From Clostridiales bacterium UBA4080 (GTDB lineage Bacteria; Bacillota; Clostridia; Lachnospirales; Vallitaleaceae): DNA of 64,000 nucleotides. The DNA lies in the NCBI GenBank assembly GCA_002381865.1, contig DFYO01000019.1, positions 76,202 through 140,201 on the forward strand, given 5' to 3'. The notes under the pieces are model-generated. The model did not search any database, was not told where the DNA came from, and saw nothing but the letters and a program-made list of their open reading frames with translations. How positions within the stretch are numbered: the stretch's first letter is position 1; each line of letters opens with the position of its first letter. The translations under genes were made by a program, and so were the position numbers. Of this stretch, positions 42,187-50,752 are shown one piece after another.

Positions 42187-42549
42187 TTACTTTCTTCTCC
42201 AATCATAAACTCCATTAGGTAAATCTATTGAATTTCCATTGATTATTACTGTGTCATCATCAGCCCATTCGACAATTGCCTCCTCTTCCCTATATCCCCA
42301 ATAGATATTTTTTTTATTTCCATTAACTATTAATTCACCACGAATAGCATTTGCTACTGTAGCGCTTCCTCTACACAAATAAGTTTTTACTGTATATTCA
42401 TTAGAAGGGGATATTGATTCCCCAATCAATTCTCCTTCTGGCAAGCGCTCCATATTATTAAAGAAATACAAAATTAAATATAACATTATACACACTATAA
42501 TAATAAAACTTATTGTTATGCCGAAAAACCATTCCTTTTTATTATTCAT
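42187..42549 (-). CDS. DUF5412-like membrane-anchored protein
   Basis: N-terminal TM helix, then RLPEGELI...SP..EYTVKTY...ATVANAIRGEL...KNIYWGYREEEA.VEW.DDDTVIING. This matches my recollection of DUF5412. Start at MNNKK (42549) after GGGGGAGG. Confidence 0.65.
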   Translation of the reverse strand: MNNKKEWFFGITISFIIIVCIMLYLILYFFNNMERLPEGELIGESISPSNEYTVKTYLCRGSATVANAIRGELIVNGNKKNIYWGYREEEAIVEWADDDTVIINGNSIDLPNGVYDWRRK

Positions 42550-42589
42550 TTTCCTCCCCCTTCTTCTTAAATAAATCAAATATTGCTAA

Positions 42590-43528
42590 TCAAAACCTTG
42601 GGTATACTTTACTAAATCTCCACGCCGTATGGCGCCCTATCCCTTCAATAATGGCATCCTGATCTCTTGGATCATCAAAATATGTACTAAACCAACTAGC
42701 TTGATAAGTTCCTGATACTATTTGATATACACCAGCCGCTGCACATAAAGTTGTTTTAACAAACAATACACTTCCCACAGTACCATAATGCATATTCCCA
42801 ATATCCTCACCCGTTTTAATCGCTTTATATGATTTAAAATCACAATAATACTTGTTTGTCTTGCCTAAAGTTTTCTTGTAATCCCATGCTCCTCCAGTTT
42901 TAACCTTTGATACAAAATATAATGCTGCGTACGTAATGGAATTATTGTGATTATGTCCTGCATTATAGTATGATGTATACACTCCATAAAGTATTGTTGC
43001 ATTTCTTTTTGCTATATCATAGTAAGGATAGTCAAGCATTTTGATTGTTACTGCATCATTATTATTCGACTCTTTTATTTCATTATTTCCAGTAAAGTTT
43101 CTTTCTATTTTATTATTTATTTCATAGAGTTCTTTATCATCTATCAACCCATAATACTTTCCGCCTTTTGTTGTCAATTCATGATAAATTGCATCATAGT
43201 TTTCACACAAAAACTCTACTCCTTCTCTGTCCTCCTTAATCTCCTGATCTAGATAGTTTATTACTGAATAGTCACTGTTAACCTTAATTAAACCTAAGTC
43301 TACCAGAAAATTAATTGATTTAAGAAATTTTTCTTCACCGACTTCTGCTCTTCCTTTTAACCTAATATTACCAACGCAATCAACATCATACTTCCCCTTA
43401 TCTATTATTATTTCTTTCTTGTCTTCAGCCACCGTATCTTTTTCTTTTGCCAAAACCGAAACGTTAATACTACCTACCATCGCTAATACTAAAATCATTG
43501 TAATACATCTTCTAATTAATTTCATCAT
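42590..43528 (-). CDS. secreted protein with C-terminal polymorphic-toxin-like (Ntox44-like) domain
   Basis: Sec signal peptide (MILVLAMVGSINVSVLA). The C-terminus has GGAWDYKK, IGNMHYGTVG and YFDDPRDQDAI, motifs I associate with polymorphic toxin type 44. Confidence 0.5.
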   Translation of the reverse strand: MMKLIRRCITMILVLAMVGSINVSVLAKEKDTVAEDKKEIIIDKGKYDVDCVGNIRLKGRAEVGEEKFLKSINFLVDLGLIKVNSDYSVINYLDQEIKEDREGVEFLCENYDAIYHELTTKGGKYYGLIDDKELYEINNKIERNFTGNNEIKESNNNDAVTIKMLDYPYYDIAKRNATILYGVYTSYYNAGHNHNNSITYAALYFVSKVKTGGAWDYKKTLGKTNKYYCDFKSYKAIKTGEDIGNMHYGTVGSVLFVKTTLCAAAGVYQIVSGTYQASWFSTYFDDPRDQDAIIEGIGRHTAWRFSKVYPRF

Positions 43529-43541
43529 TTTTTCCCCTTTT

Positions 43542-43685
43542 TTAATAGATTTCTTTTCCTACTTCATGTGGCGTCGTTATCGACGTTCCGTCCATCTCTA
43601 CATATCTTCCATCAATCCCTGTAGAGTAAATGTTTACTCCCGGTGCTCCTTTATCAGCTCCCGTGATTGCTAAAAAGTCTGCGAT
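43542..43685 (-). pseudogene. remnant of a subtilisin-like (S8) serine protease
   Basis: The only S8-like part is ...GAPGVNIYSTGIDGRYVEMDGTSITTPH..., the catalytic-Ser box GTS..(A/T)PH. There is no Asp or His box, and the reading frame stops 7 codons later. Confidence 0.6.
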
Positions 43686-44242
43686 TTTCCGTTTTTGTCG
43701 ATTGCTCCCACACTTATTAACTCTAGATAAAAAGTATAGCATACATTTAATGCCTATATTTCTCCCTCTTGCATAACAACACAAATGATTGCTACTTTAG
43801 TATATTAAGTAACCGATTATTATTTTCGCGCGCAAATAATAAATCAATTATTAATACCAGATTAAACTGTTTATAGCTTATTCAATTTTTTCAATAGGGA
43901 AAATTTTAGATATTCCCCGCCTCAGATTTCTTTTTAGATTGGGTTGGTTAATTTTTTCACCAACATGGTATATTATACCCCCCCCCGAAATGTCAAGCAC
44001 TTTTTTTGCCGTAAACTTTTATTGCGTAAACTTTTATTGAAACTTCCCGTTTTTCGGCATTCGGGAAGTTAGTTTGACAATAACTACGAGGGTTTTTCTT
44101 ATATTTTCAATAAATTATACAGCTATTGTAAAAATCAGAAATGACTTCTATATTATAAGACTGCATAAAAGACATCAATAACCTAAAATATAAAAGACGA
44201 GATTTCTCACTTTATAAGCATTAAGATAACTTTTAATATTTT

Positions 44243-44278
44243 AAAGAAGGAGCTATGCTTCTCGCTTAGCTCCTTCTT
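44243..44278 (-). terminator. hsp20 terminator, exact copy of 41913..41948
   Basis: Same 36 nt. Starts 9 nt after the hsp20 stop codon. Confidence 0.75.
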
Positions 44279-44287
44279 TAAGCAACC

Positions 44288-44734
44288 CTATTCAATTTCT
44301 ATTTCTTTAGCTTTAGGCTTTACAGGCTCTTGCTTTGGAAGTGTAAGAGTTAATATTCCATCCTCAAGCTTTGCTGCTATTTCTTCTGATATTACATTTT
44401 CAAGTCTAAAAGACCTTTTCATATTTATTGCCTTACGTTCCTTTCTAATGTAATTATCCTTTTCGTGATTACTTTCTTCTCTTTTCTCGATAGCTATAGT
44501 AAGCAAATCATTTTCAATATTAACCTTAATTTCTTCTTTTTTCAATCCTGGAACCTCAGCAATTATTTGAAATTCATTTTCTTCTTCCTTAATATCAACA
44601 TTCAAACCAGTATAAGCTGTTCCAAATGAAGGAAAAAAGCTATCTTCAAAAAAACTGTCAAACATACTGTCAAAATTCCATAAGCTATTATTTCTTTGTA
44701 CCTCATTTTTTCTGATTGGTGATAATCCAAACAT
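44288..44734 (-). CDS. Hsp20/alpha-crystallin family small heat-shock protein
   Basis: Alpha-crystallin domain (FQIIAEVPGLKKEEIKV...GILTLTLPK). Confidence 0.9.
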   Translation of the reverse strand: MFGLSPIRKNEVQRNNSLWNFDSMFDSFFEDSFFPSFGTAYTGLNVDIKEEENEFQIIAEVPGLKKEEIKVNIENDLLTIAIEKREESNHEKDNYIRKERKAINMKRSFRLENVISEEIAAKLEDGILTLTLPKQEPVKPKAKEIEIE

Positions 44735-44815
44735 AATAACACCTCCAAATAGTAAAATAATTATTGTTTTCTTTATATTATTTTTACCATATTAGAAATA
44801 TTATCTCAAGTTTTA

Positions 44816-44842
44816 TTAGCACTCACTTGGCTCGAGTGCTAA
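44816..44842. promoter_or_regulatory. CIRCE operator (HrcA binding site)
   Basis: TTAGCACTC-N9-GAGTGCTAA, a perfect match to the consensus, 82 nt upstream of the hsp20 ATG. Confidence 0.85.
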
Positions 44843-44941
44843 TAATTATTCTTTTTCAACACTTGTTTATATTTGATTTTCTTAATTTTTCTCGCTTTTT
44901 CTTTGATTTACTATCTTTTTCATATAAACCTTAGCTTTCTT

Positions 44942-45931
44942 TTATCTTTCTTCTCTAAAATAAGGAACACTTAGCCCTTTTGGCGGTGCATTTTCCTTGC
45001 TTTTTTTAACCGAGCCAATAACGAGAATAATTATAGTTACCAGATAAGGCAGCATATCCAAAAGATTTTGTGAAATACTTAAATGCTGAAGCCTGAAGCC
45101 TATAATACTAAGCCCACCGAAAAGATATGCTCCAATTGCTGCTTTATATGGGTTCCATTTGCAGAAAATTACTAATGCAATAGCAATCCATCCTCTTCCT
45201 GCCGTAATATTTTCCTGCCACTGCGGAACCTCAACTACTGAAAGATAAGCTCCTCCAAGTCCACAAAGGGCTCCGCCAATCAAAATATGTGCATACTTAT
45301 ATACGGTTATATTAACCCCCGAAGTATCAGCAGCACCAGGATTTTCTCCAACTGCCCTCAAATTAAGTCCCATTCTTGTATGGTAAAGATATATTCCCAT
45401 AATTATTGCCAATATGTAACCAAGATAAACAAAAATATCTTGAACAAAAAATATTTTCCCTAGTAACGGAATCTTGTCTAATACGGGAATTGCAATTGGC
45501 TCAAAGTAAGAAATAACCTTTTCTGGCATTTTATTCCCAATAAAATTTGTTCCAAGATAGCTTGACATGCCTGTTCCAAAAATAGTAAGCGCAAGTCCTG
45601 ATACTACCTGGTTTGCTCTTAGGGATATAGTCAGAAACCCATATATCATAGCAGCTAAAGCACCTGCAAGTAATGCGCCTAACATAGCCATATAAGGATT
45701 GGCTGTGTAATAACCCGCTCCAAAGCCAGCAACCGCTCCACAAAGCATCATTCCTTCAACACCAAGATTTAAGTTGCCCGCCTTTTCAGTAATCAGCTCT
45801 CCTAAAGTTGCAAACAGCAATGGTGTTCCCGCTATTACAACTGCCACCATAAATGAATTACCCATAAAATATTTTCCGCTAACAATCAATCCTATAACAA
45901 CAATTATAAGTAATATATTATTTTTTTTCAT
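44942..45931 (-). CDS. ABC transporter permease (BMP/nucleoside-type system)
   Basis: 329 aa polytopic protein. Overlaps the upstream permease gene. Confidence 0.8.
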   Translation of the reverse strand: MKKNNILLIIVVIGLIVSGKYFMGNSFMVAVVIAGTPLLFATLGELITEKAGNLNLGVEGMMLCGAVAGFGAGYYTANPYMAMLGALLAGALAAMIYGFLTISLRANQVVSGLALTIFGTGMSSYLGTNFIGNKMPEKVISYFEPIAIPVLDKIPLLGKIFFVQDIFVYLGYILAIIMGIYLYHTRMGLNLRAVGENPGAADTSGVNITVYKYAHILIGGALCGLGGAYLSVVEVPQWQENITAGRGWIAIALVIFCKWNPYKAAIGAYLFGGLSIIGFRLQHLSISQNLLDMLPYLVTIIILVIGSVKKSKENAPPKGLSVPYFREER

Positions 45932-47000
45932 CTATGGCACCTCCTTGCATTTTAGCCTTGTTAAAAACAAGCTTATACTGAACAAAAAACTCACTGCCAA
46001 TTACAAAAAACAGAATAATACTTTGAATTAAGGTTGCTGCCGACTGTGGAATCTGATATGCAGTTTGAATAAATCCTCCACCCTTGATAAGACCAGCAAA
46101 CAAAATTGATACCGGCACAATTATTGCAGCATTTAAACCAGAAAGCCAGGTTGTAATAATAGCCGTATATCCATAGCCCGCTGAGAGCTGTGAGGTAAGC
46201 GTCTGATTTACAGCCGAGGCTTGCATCATTCCAACAATACCACAAATCCCGCCACTAATAATAACCGAGGTAAGAATGATTCTTTTTACATCCATTCCCG
46301 CATATCTAGCTGTATCTATACTTTCTCCAACTACAGAAATCTCATAGCCTCTCTTAGAATTATTCATCAAATATGCTACTGCTACAACAAAAATTAATGC
46401 AATAATCCATCCAATATGAATTCCAAAAAGCTTTGGTAATATAGCACTATCGGTAAAGTTTTTGATTTTTGGAAATCCCATTGAATTTGGATCTCTCCAC
46501 GGCCCATATTGTAAAAATGTAATCCATTTTATAGCAATATAATTCATCATCAGGGTAATAATTGTTTCATTAGCATCAAACTTAACCTTTAATAAAGCAG
46601 GAATACTAGCCCATAAGCCTCCGCCAACAAAGCCTCCTATTAACATTAATAAAAGCAATATGGGTTTAGGCAGTCCGTCAAAATAAAGAGCAAAATAGGT
46701 TGCTGCAAAGGCTCCCATTAATATCTGACCTTCTGCACCAATATTCCAAAATTTCATTTTAAAGGCTATCATTATTCCGATCGACGTTATTACAAGAGGT
46801 ATCGCAATTGTTAGTGTATCCTTTAATCTAAAGCTCGAGCCAAAGGCACCCTTTATCATAGAAACATAAACCTCAACAGGATTATGCTTTAATATCAAAA
46901 TGAATATTCCCGACACGACTAATGCTAATAAAATAGCATAAATTCTAATTAAAGCTGATTGCTTTTGTGTAATATCAGCTCTTTTTATCATTCTTATCAC
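45918..47000 (-). CDS. ABC transporter permease (BMP/nucleoside-type system)
   Basis: 360 aa polytopic protein. 4-nt overlap with the ATPase gene. Confidence 0.8.
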   Translation of the reverse strand: MIRMIKRADITQKQSALIRIYAILLALVVSGIFILILKHNPVEVYVSMIKGAFGSSFRLKDTLTIAIPLVITSIGIMIAFKMKFWNIGAEGQILMGAFAATYFALYFDGLPKPILLLLMLIGGFVGGGLWASIPALLKVKFDANETIITLMMNYIAIKWITFLQYGPWRDPNSMGFPKIKNFTDSAILPKLFGIHIGWIIALIFVVAVAYLMNNSKRGYEISVVGESIDTARYAGMDVKRIILTSVIISGGICGIVGMMQASAVNQTLTSQLSAGYGYTAIITTWLSGLNAAIIVPVSILFAGLIKGGGFIQTAYQIPQSAATLIQSIILFFVIGSEFFVQYKLVFNKAKMQGGAIDEKK

Positions 47001-48520
47001 AGGCTCACCTCCATAGGTCCTTTTTCACCAGCCATCATAAGACCCAGCTGTTCCTTATTGACCTCTTTAGCTGAGACAATTCCTGTTATTTCACCATCGC
47101 AAAGAACCATAATTCTATCGCATAGCTCTAAGAGAACATCTAAATCCTCTCCAATAAACAAGATTGCAACTCCCTTTTTCTTTTGCTCATTTATCAAATC
47201 ATATATCTTATGTGATACTCCAATATCCAGCCCTCTTACAGCATAGGCAGTTATCAAAACATGAGGGTTCATTTCTATTTCTCTTCCGATTAGAACCTTT
47301 TGTATATTCCCTCCTGAAAGCTGTCTTACAGGATGATGAATACCCGGTGTTCTAATATCAAGCTTTTCAATCATTTCCTTGCATTTTTTTGAAACTGGTT
47401 TTCTTTTTAATATTAACCCTTTTTGATTATGATGTTCCTTTAGCAGAAAATTATCTACCATATCCATTGATGCAACAAGACCCATTCCTAATCTGTCTTC
47501 CGGAATAAAGCTCATGCTTATTCCTTTTTTTATAATATCTCTAGGCGTCTTGCCAACAATGTTTTCTCCATCGTATATTATTTCGCCACTATCAACACTA
47601 TATAAGCCCGCAATGCTTTCACACAATTCTTTTTGACCACTGCCAGCAACTCCTGCAACTCCCAGTATTTCTCCTGCATGCAAATCAAAGGTGATATTTT
47701 TCAGCACCTCAACCTTCTCGACATCTGTTGCCTTAAGCGCATTTATTTTTAATATAGCTTCGCCTTTTTCTGTTTCAGGTCTTTCAATTGATAAATTCAC
47801 AGACATACCTACCATCAAATCCGTAAGCGCCTTTGGATTTGTATCTGCTGTGTATAATGTCCCAACTGTTGTACCCTTTCTTAAAACCGTAACTCTGTCC
47901 GATACCTCCATAACCTCATGGAGCTTATGCGTAATAATTATAATTGCACAGCCCTCTTTTGCCATATTTTTCATTATTTTAAATAGCTTTTTAGTTTCTT
48001 GAGGTGTAAGTACTGCTGTCGGCTCATCCATAATCAGGATATCTGCTCCCTGATATAATACCTTTAATATTTCTACTGCTTGTTTTTCTCCAATTGACAT
48101 ATCATAAATCTTTTTATCCGGATCAATTGCAAGCCCAAACTGATTTGAAATTTTATTAATCTGTTCTGTCAGCTTTTTATTGTTCATAAAAAGCTTTCCA
48201 CTTTGACCGATAATAATATTTTCTTTTGCAGTCTGTACCTCCACTAATTTATAGTGCTGATGAATCATACCAATTCCCTTTTGAATGGAATCCTTTGGTG
48301 AATTAATTTTCACTTCATTTCCATGGATATAAATAGAACCGCTGTCAGGTCTGTATATACCTGACAGCATGTTCATAAGTGTGCTTTTACCTGCACCGTT
48401 TTCTCCAAGCAGTGCATGAATTTCACCTTTATTCACTTCAAAATTAATATGATCATTTGCCTTAACCGTTCCAAAGGTTTTTGATATGTTTTTCATCTTA
48501 ACAAAAACATTCTGATTCAT
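46997..48520 (-). CDS. ABC transporter ATP-binding protein, duplicated cassette
   Basis: GENGAGKST Walker A, a second cassette with GVAGSGQKE, and LSGGNIQKV. Confidence 0.9.
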   Translation of the reverse strand: MNQNVFVKMKNISKTFGTVKANDHINFEVNKGEIHALLGENGAGKSTLMNMLSGIYRPDSGSIYIHGNEVKINSPKDSIQKGIGMIHQHYKLVEVQTAKENIIIGQSGKLFMNNKKLTEQINKISNQFGLAIDPDKKIYDMSIGEKQAVEILKVLYQGADILIMDEPTAVLTPQETKKLFKIMKNMAKEGCAIIIITHKLHEVMEVSDRVTVLRKGTTVGTLYTADTNPKALTDLMVGMSVNLSIERPETEKGEAILKINALKATDVEKVEVLKNITFDLHAGEILGVAGVAGSGQKELCESIAGLYSVDSGEIIYDGENIVGKTPRDIIKKGISMSFIPEDRLGMGLVASMDMVDNFLLKEHHNQKGLILKRKPVSKKCKEMIEKLDIRTPGIHHPVRQLSGGNIQKVLIGREIEMNPHVLITAYAVRGLDIGVSHKIYDLINEQKKKGVAILFIGEDLDVLLELCDRIMVLCDGEITGIVSAKEVNKEQLGLMMAGEKGPMEVSL

Positions 48521-48536
48521 GGCAAACTCCTATAAA

Positions 48537-49643
48537 CTATTTTATTGTTCCTTCAACGCCTTTAACGAACCAGTCAAAGCTTAACATTTCCTGGTCAGTC
48601 ATTTTAACGCCTTCAGCTACCTTAACTTCTCCACTTTGATCATAAAGAGGTCCTTCAAAGATATACTCTGAACCGTCTAATATTGTCGCCTTAGCTGCAT
48701 CCACTGCCTCTTGTGCGCCTTCTGGAGCATTTGCTGTAAGTGGTGCAAGTCTAACTACATCTTCCGCCATTCCTTCCCATGAAGAATGTGACTTGAAAGT
48801 TCCATCCATTACCGCTTGTGTTTGCTCAACATAATATGGTCCCCAGTTCCAGATTGGTGCTGTCATATATGCTTTTGGAGCCATCTTACTCATATCAGTA
48901 TTATATCCTATTGAAAAAGCACCTCTTTCTTCAGCTGCCTGCTGTGGTCCTGCTGTATCCTGATGTTGTGCAATAATATCTGCTCCGCCATCTAATAATG
49001 CAATTGCTGCTGATTTTTCTTTTTCTGGGTCATACCAGGTAGATGTCCATGTTACTTTTACCTTTACATCAGGATTAACTGATTGCGCCCCTAATGTAAA
49101 TGCATTGATACCACGTACTACTTCAGGAATAGGAAATGCCGCAACATAACCGATTTGGTTGGATTCAGTTTTTAAGCCTGCTACAATTCCTGATAGGTAT
49201 CTTGCTTGGTATATTCTTCCGAAATAATTAGCCATATTGTCTGTGCTCATATAACCTGAGCAATGGAAAAACTTTACGTCTGGGAATTCCTTGGAAATTT
49301 TTTCTACATATTCCATATATCCAAAGCTTGTTGCAAAAATTGCTTTTGCTCCCTGGTCAATCATATTACGAATTTCCTGCTCTACATCCTGTGTTTCAGG
49401 AACTGATTCTTTATATATAGTTTTTACTCCAAGCTCTTGCTCAAGAAATAATCTTCCTTGATCATGTGCATAAGTATAACCGCCATCTCCGATTGGTCCT
49501 ACATAAATAAATCCAACAATCATGTCTTTTGCGTCAATTTTAGCTGCTTCTTGTTTTTTTGTACCGTCATCAGTTTTTGCTCCACATCCTGCCATTGCAA
49601 AAACGAGGGACAAAACCAATAATAGTGATACGAGTTTTTTCAT
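48537..49643 (-). CDS. BMP-family ABC transporter substrate-binding lipoprotein
   Basis: Lipobox AMAGCG. Med/BMP (PnrA-like) architecture. Confidence 0.8.
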   Translation of the reverse strand: MKKLVSLLLVLSLVFAMAGCGAKTDDGTKKQEAAKIDAKDMIVGFIYVGPIGDGGYTYAHDQGRLFLEQELGVKTIYKESVPETQDVEQEIRNMIDQGAKAIFATSFGYMEYVEKISKEFPDVKFFHCSGYMSTDNMANYFGRIYQARYLSGIVAGLKTESNQIGYVAAFPIPEVVRGINAFTLGAQSVNPDVKVKVTWTSTWYDPEKEKSAAIALLDGGADIIAQHQDTAGPQQAAEERGAFSIGYNTDMSKMAPKAYMTAPIWNWGPYYVEQTQAVMDGTFKSHSSWEGMAEDVVRLAPLTANAPEGAQEAVDAAKATILDGSEYIFEGPLYDQSGEVKVAEGVKMTDQEMLSFDWFVKGVEGTIK

Positions 49644-49704
49644 CTTTTTACCTCCTGAAATTTAATTAATGTGTTTTTTCACTTAATCTGTTGATAGGTT
49701 TTGA

Positions 49705-50277
49705 TTAGTTGATAAAGGTGATTTTGCCGTGTTTAAAACGATCTACAATAACTAAGGATTCCAGGTTAACTCCTGCTTCCCTAAGCTTATTGCCTCCATT
49801 TTGAAAGCCTTTTTCAATGACTATTCCAACACCGCTTACATTAGCTTGTGCCTGCTCTACCAAGTCAATGAGTGCTAAGGCTGCTTTTCCATTTGCTAAA
49901 AAGTCATCTAGTATTAGTACGTTATCTCCCTTATGAATGTATCTTTTAGAGACTTGAATGTCGTAATATTTTTCCTTTGTAAAAGAATACACAACACTTT
50001 TGTACGTTTCTTTGTCAAGATTTCTTGACTCTGTCTTTTTTGCAAATACTACCGGAACCTTGAAATACATTGCAGCAATTGATGCTATAGCAATTCCTGA
50101 AGCTTCTATTGTAAGTATTCTTGTGATATTTTTGTCTTTAAATCTATCATAAAATTCCTTGCCGATATCTTGAAATAATTCTATATCCAGCTGATGATTT
50201 AAAAACGAATCTACCTTTAATACTTCCTCAGAAACAACCCTGCCTTCATCCAATATTCTTTTTTTCAAAGATTCCAT
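49705..50277 (-). CDS. xpt: xanthine phosphoribosyltransferase
   Basis: 190 aa. MESLKKRILDEGRV...LKVDSFLNHQ...VLILDDFLANG PRPP loop. Confidence 0.9.
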   Translation of the reverse strand: MESLKKRILDEGRVVSEEVLKVDSFLNHQLDIELFQDIGKEFYDRFKDKNITRILTIEASGIAIASIAAMYFKVPVVFAKKTESRNLDKETYKSVVYSFTKEKYYDIQVSKRYIHKGDNVLILDDFLANGKAALALIDLVEQAQANVSGVGIVIEKGFQNGGNKLREAGVNLESLVIVDRFKHGKITFIN

Positions 50278-50332
50278 TAGATTTCTCCTGTCTTAATCAT
50301 TTGTCTTCCTATCTAAAAATGAGAATAAAAAT

Positions 50333-50355
50333 AAAAAAACCCTGCTTGCGCAGAG
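50333..50355 (-). terminator. riboswitch expression-platform terminator
   Basis: CUCUGC-GCAA-GCAGGG followed by U7 on the minus strand. Confidence 0.65.
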
Positions 50356-50402
50356 TTCCTACAACCTCAACAGCTTGAAAAGCTTAATTGACATTGTGTG
50401 AA

Positions 50403-50470
50403 CTCGTAGCCTGTAACTATTTACGGTAGTTTGTAGAAACATTTGACCCATATTGTCAAATTTATACGAG
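50403..50470 (-). ncRNA. purine (guanine-class) riboswitch aptamer
   Basis: Minus-strand RNA: CUCGUAUAAAUUUGACAAUAUGGGUCAAAUGUUUCUACAAACUACCGUAAAUAGUUACAGGCUACGAG. P1 is CUCGUA/UACGAG. The UAUAA, AUAUGG, GUUUCUAC and CCGUAAAU cores are conserved, and a C precedes the P1 3' strand. Confidence 0.8.
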
Positions 50471-50752
50471 CTGTAGCATTTAACTGCTACCTTTGAATTT
50501 TAATATAAATTATAAGTAAAATCAAGTTTATTTTTAGAAAATCCTCAACTTATTTTATTACAATAAAGATTAATTATCTTTAAAATCAAATATTTTTTTG
50601 TAAATGCTTTGCTAATTATTAATCAAGTTTTTTGTTAAACTATTATGTAGTTTTTAAAACTATATTTAATAATATGCTTGTTTATTTTTTTAAATTATGA
50701 TATTCTATTAATGTATTACTTTGATTATCAAACTATTGTAAGGAGTATGTAA

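Noticed and set aside
43990-44040. 16-codon ORF MSSTFFAVNFYCVNFY following the C9 tract
   Set aside because: Its repetitive peptide is just the translation of the tandem 14-mer DNA repeat. There is no SD and no downstream plus-strand gene that it could regulate.
45935-45949. TGGCAC-CTCC-TTGCA sigma-54-like sequence on the plus strand
   Set aside because: The spacer is 4 nt rather than 5. It is simply the reverse complement of the SD and start region of the minus-strand permease gene, and no plus-strand gene follows.
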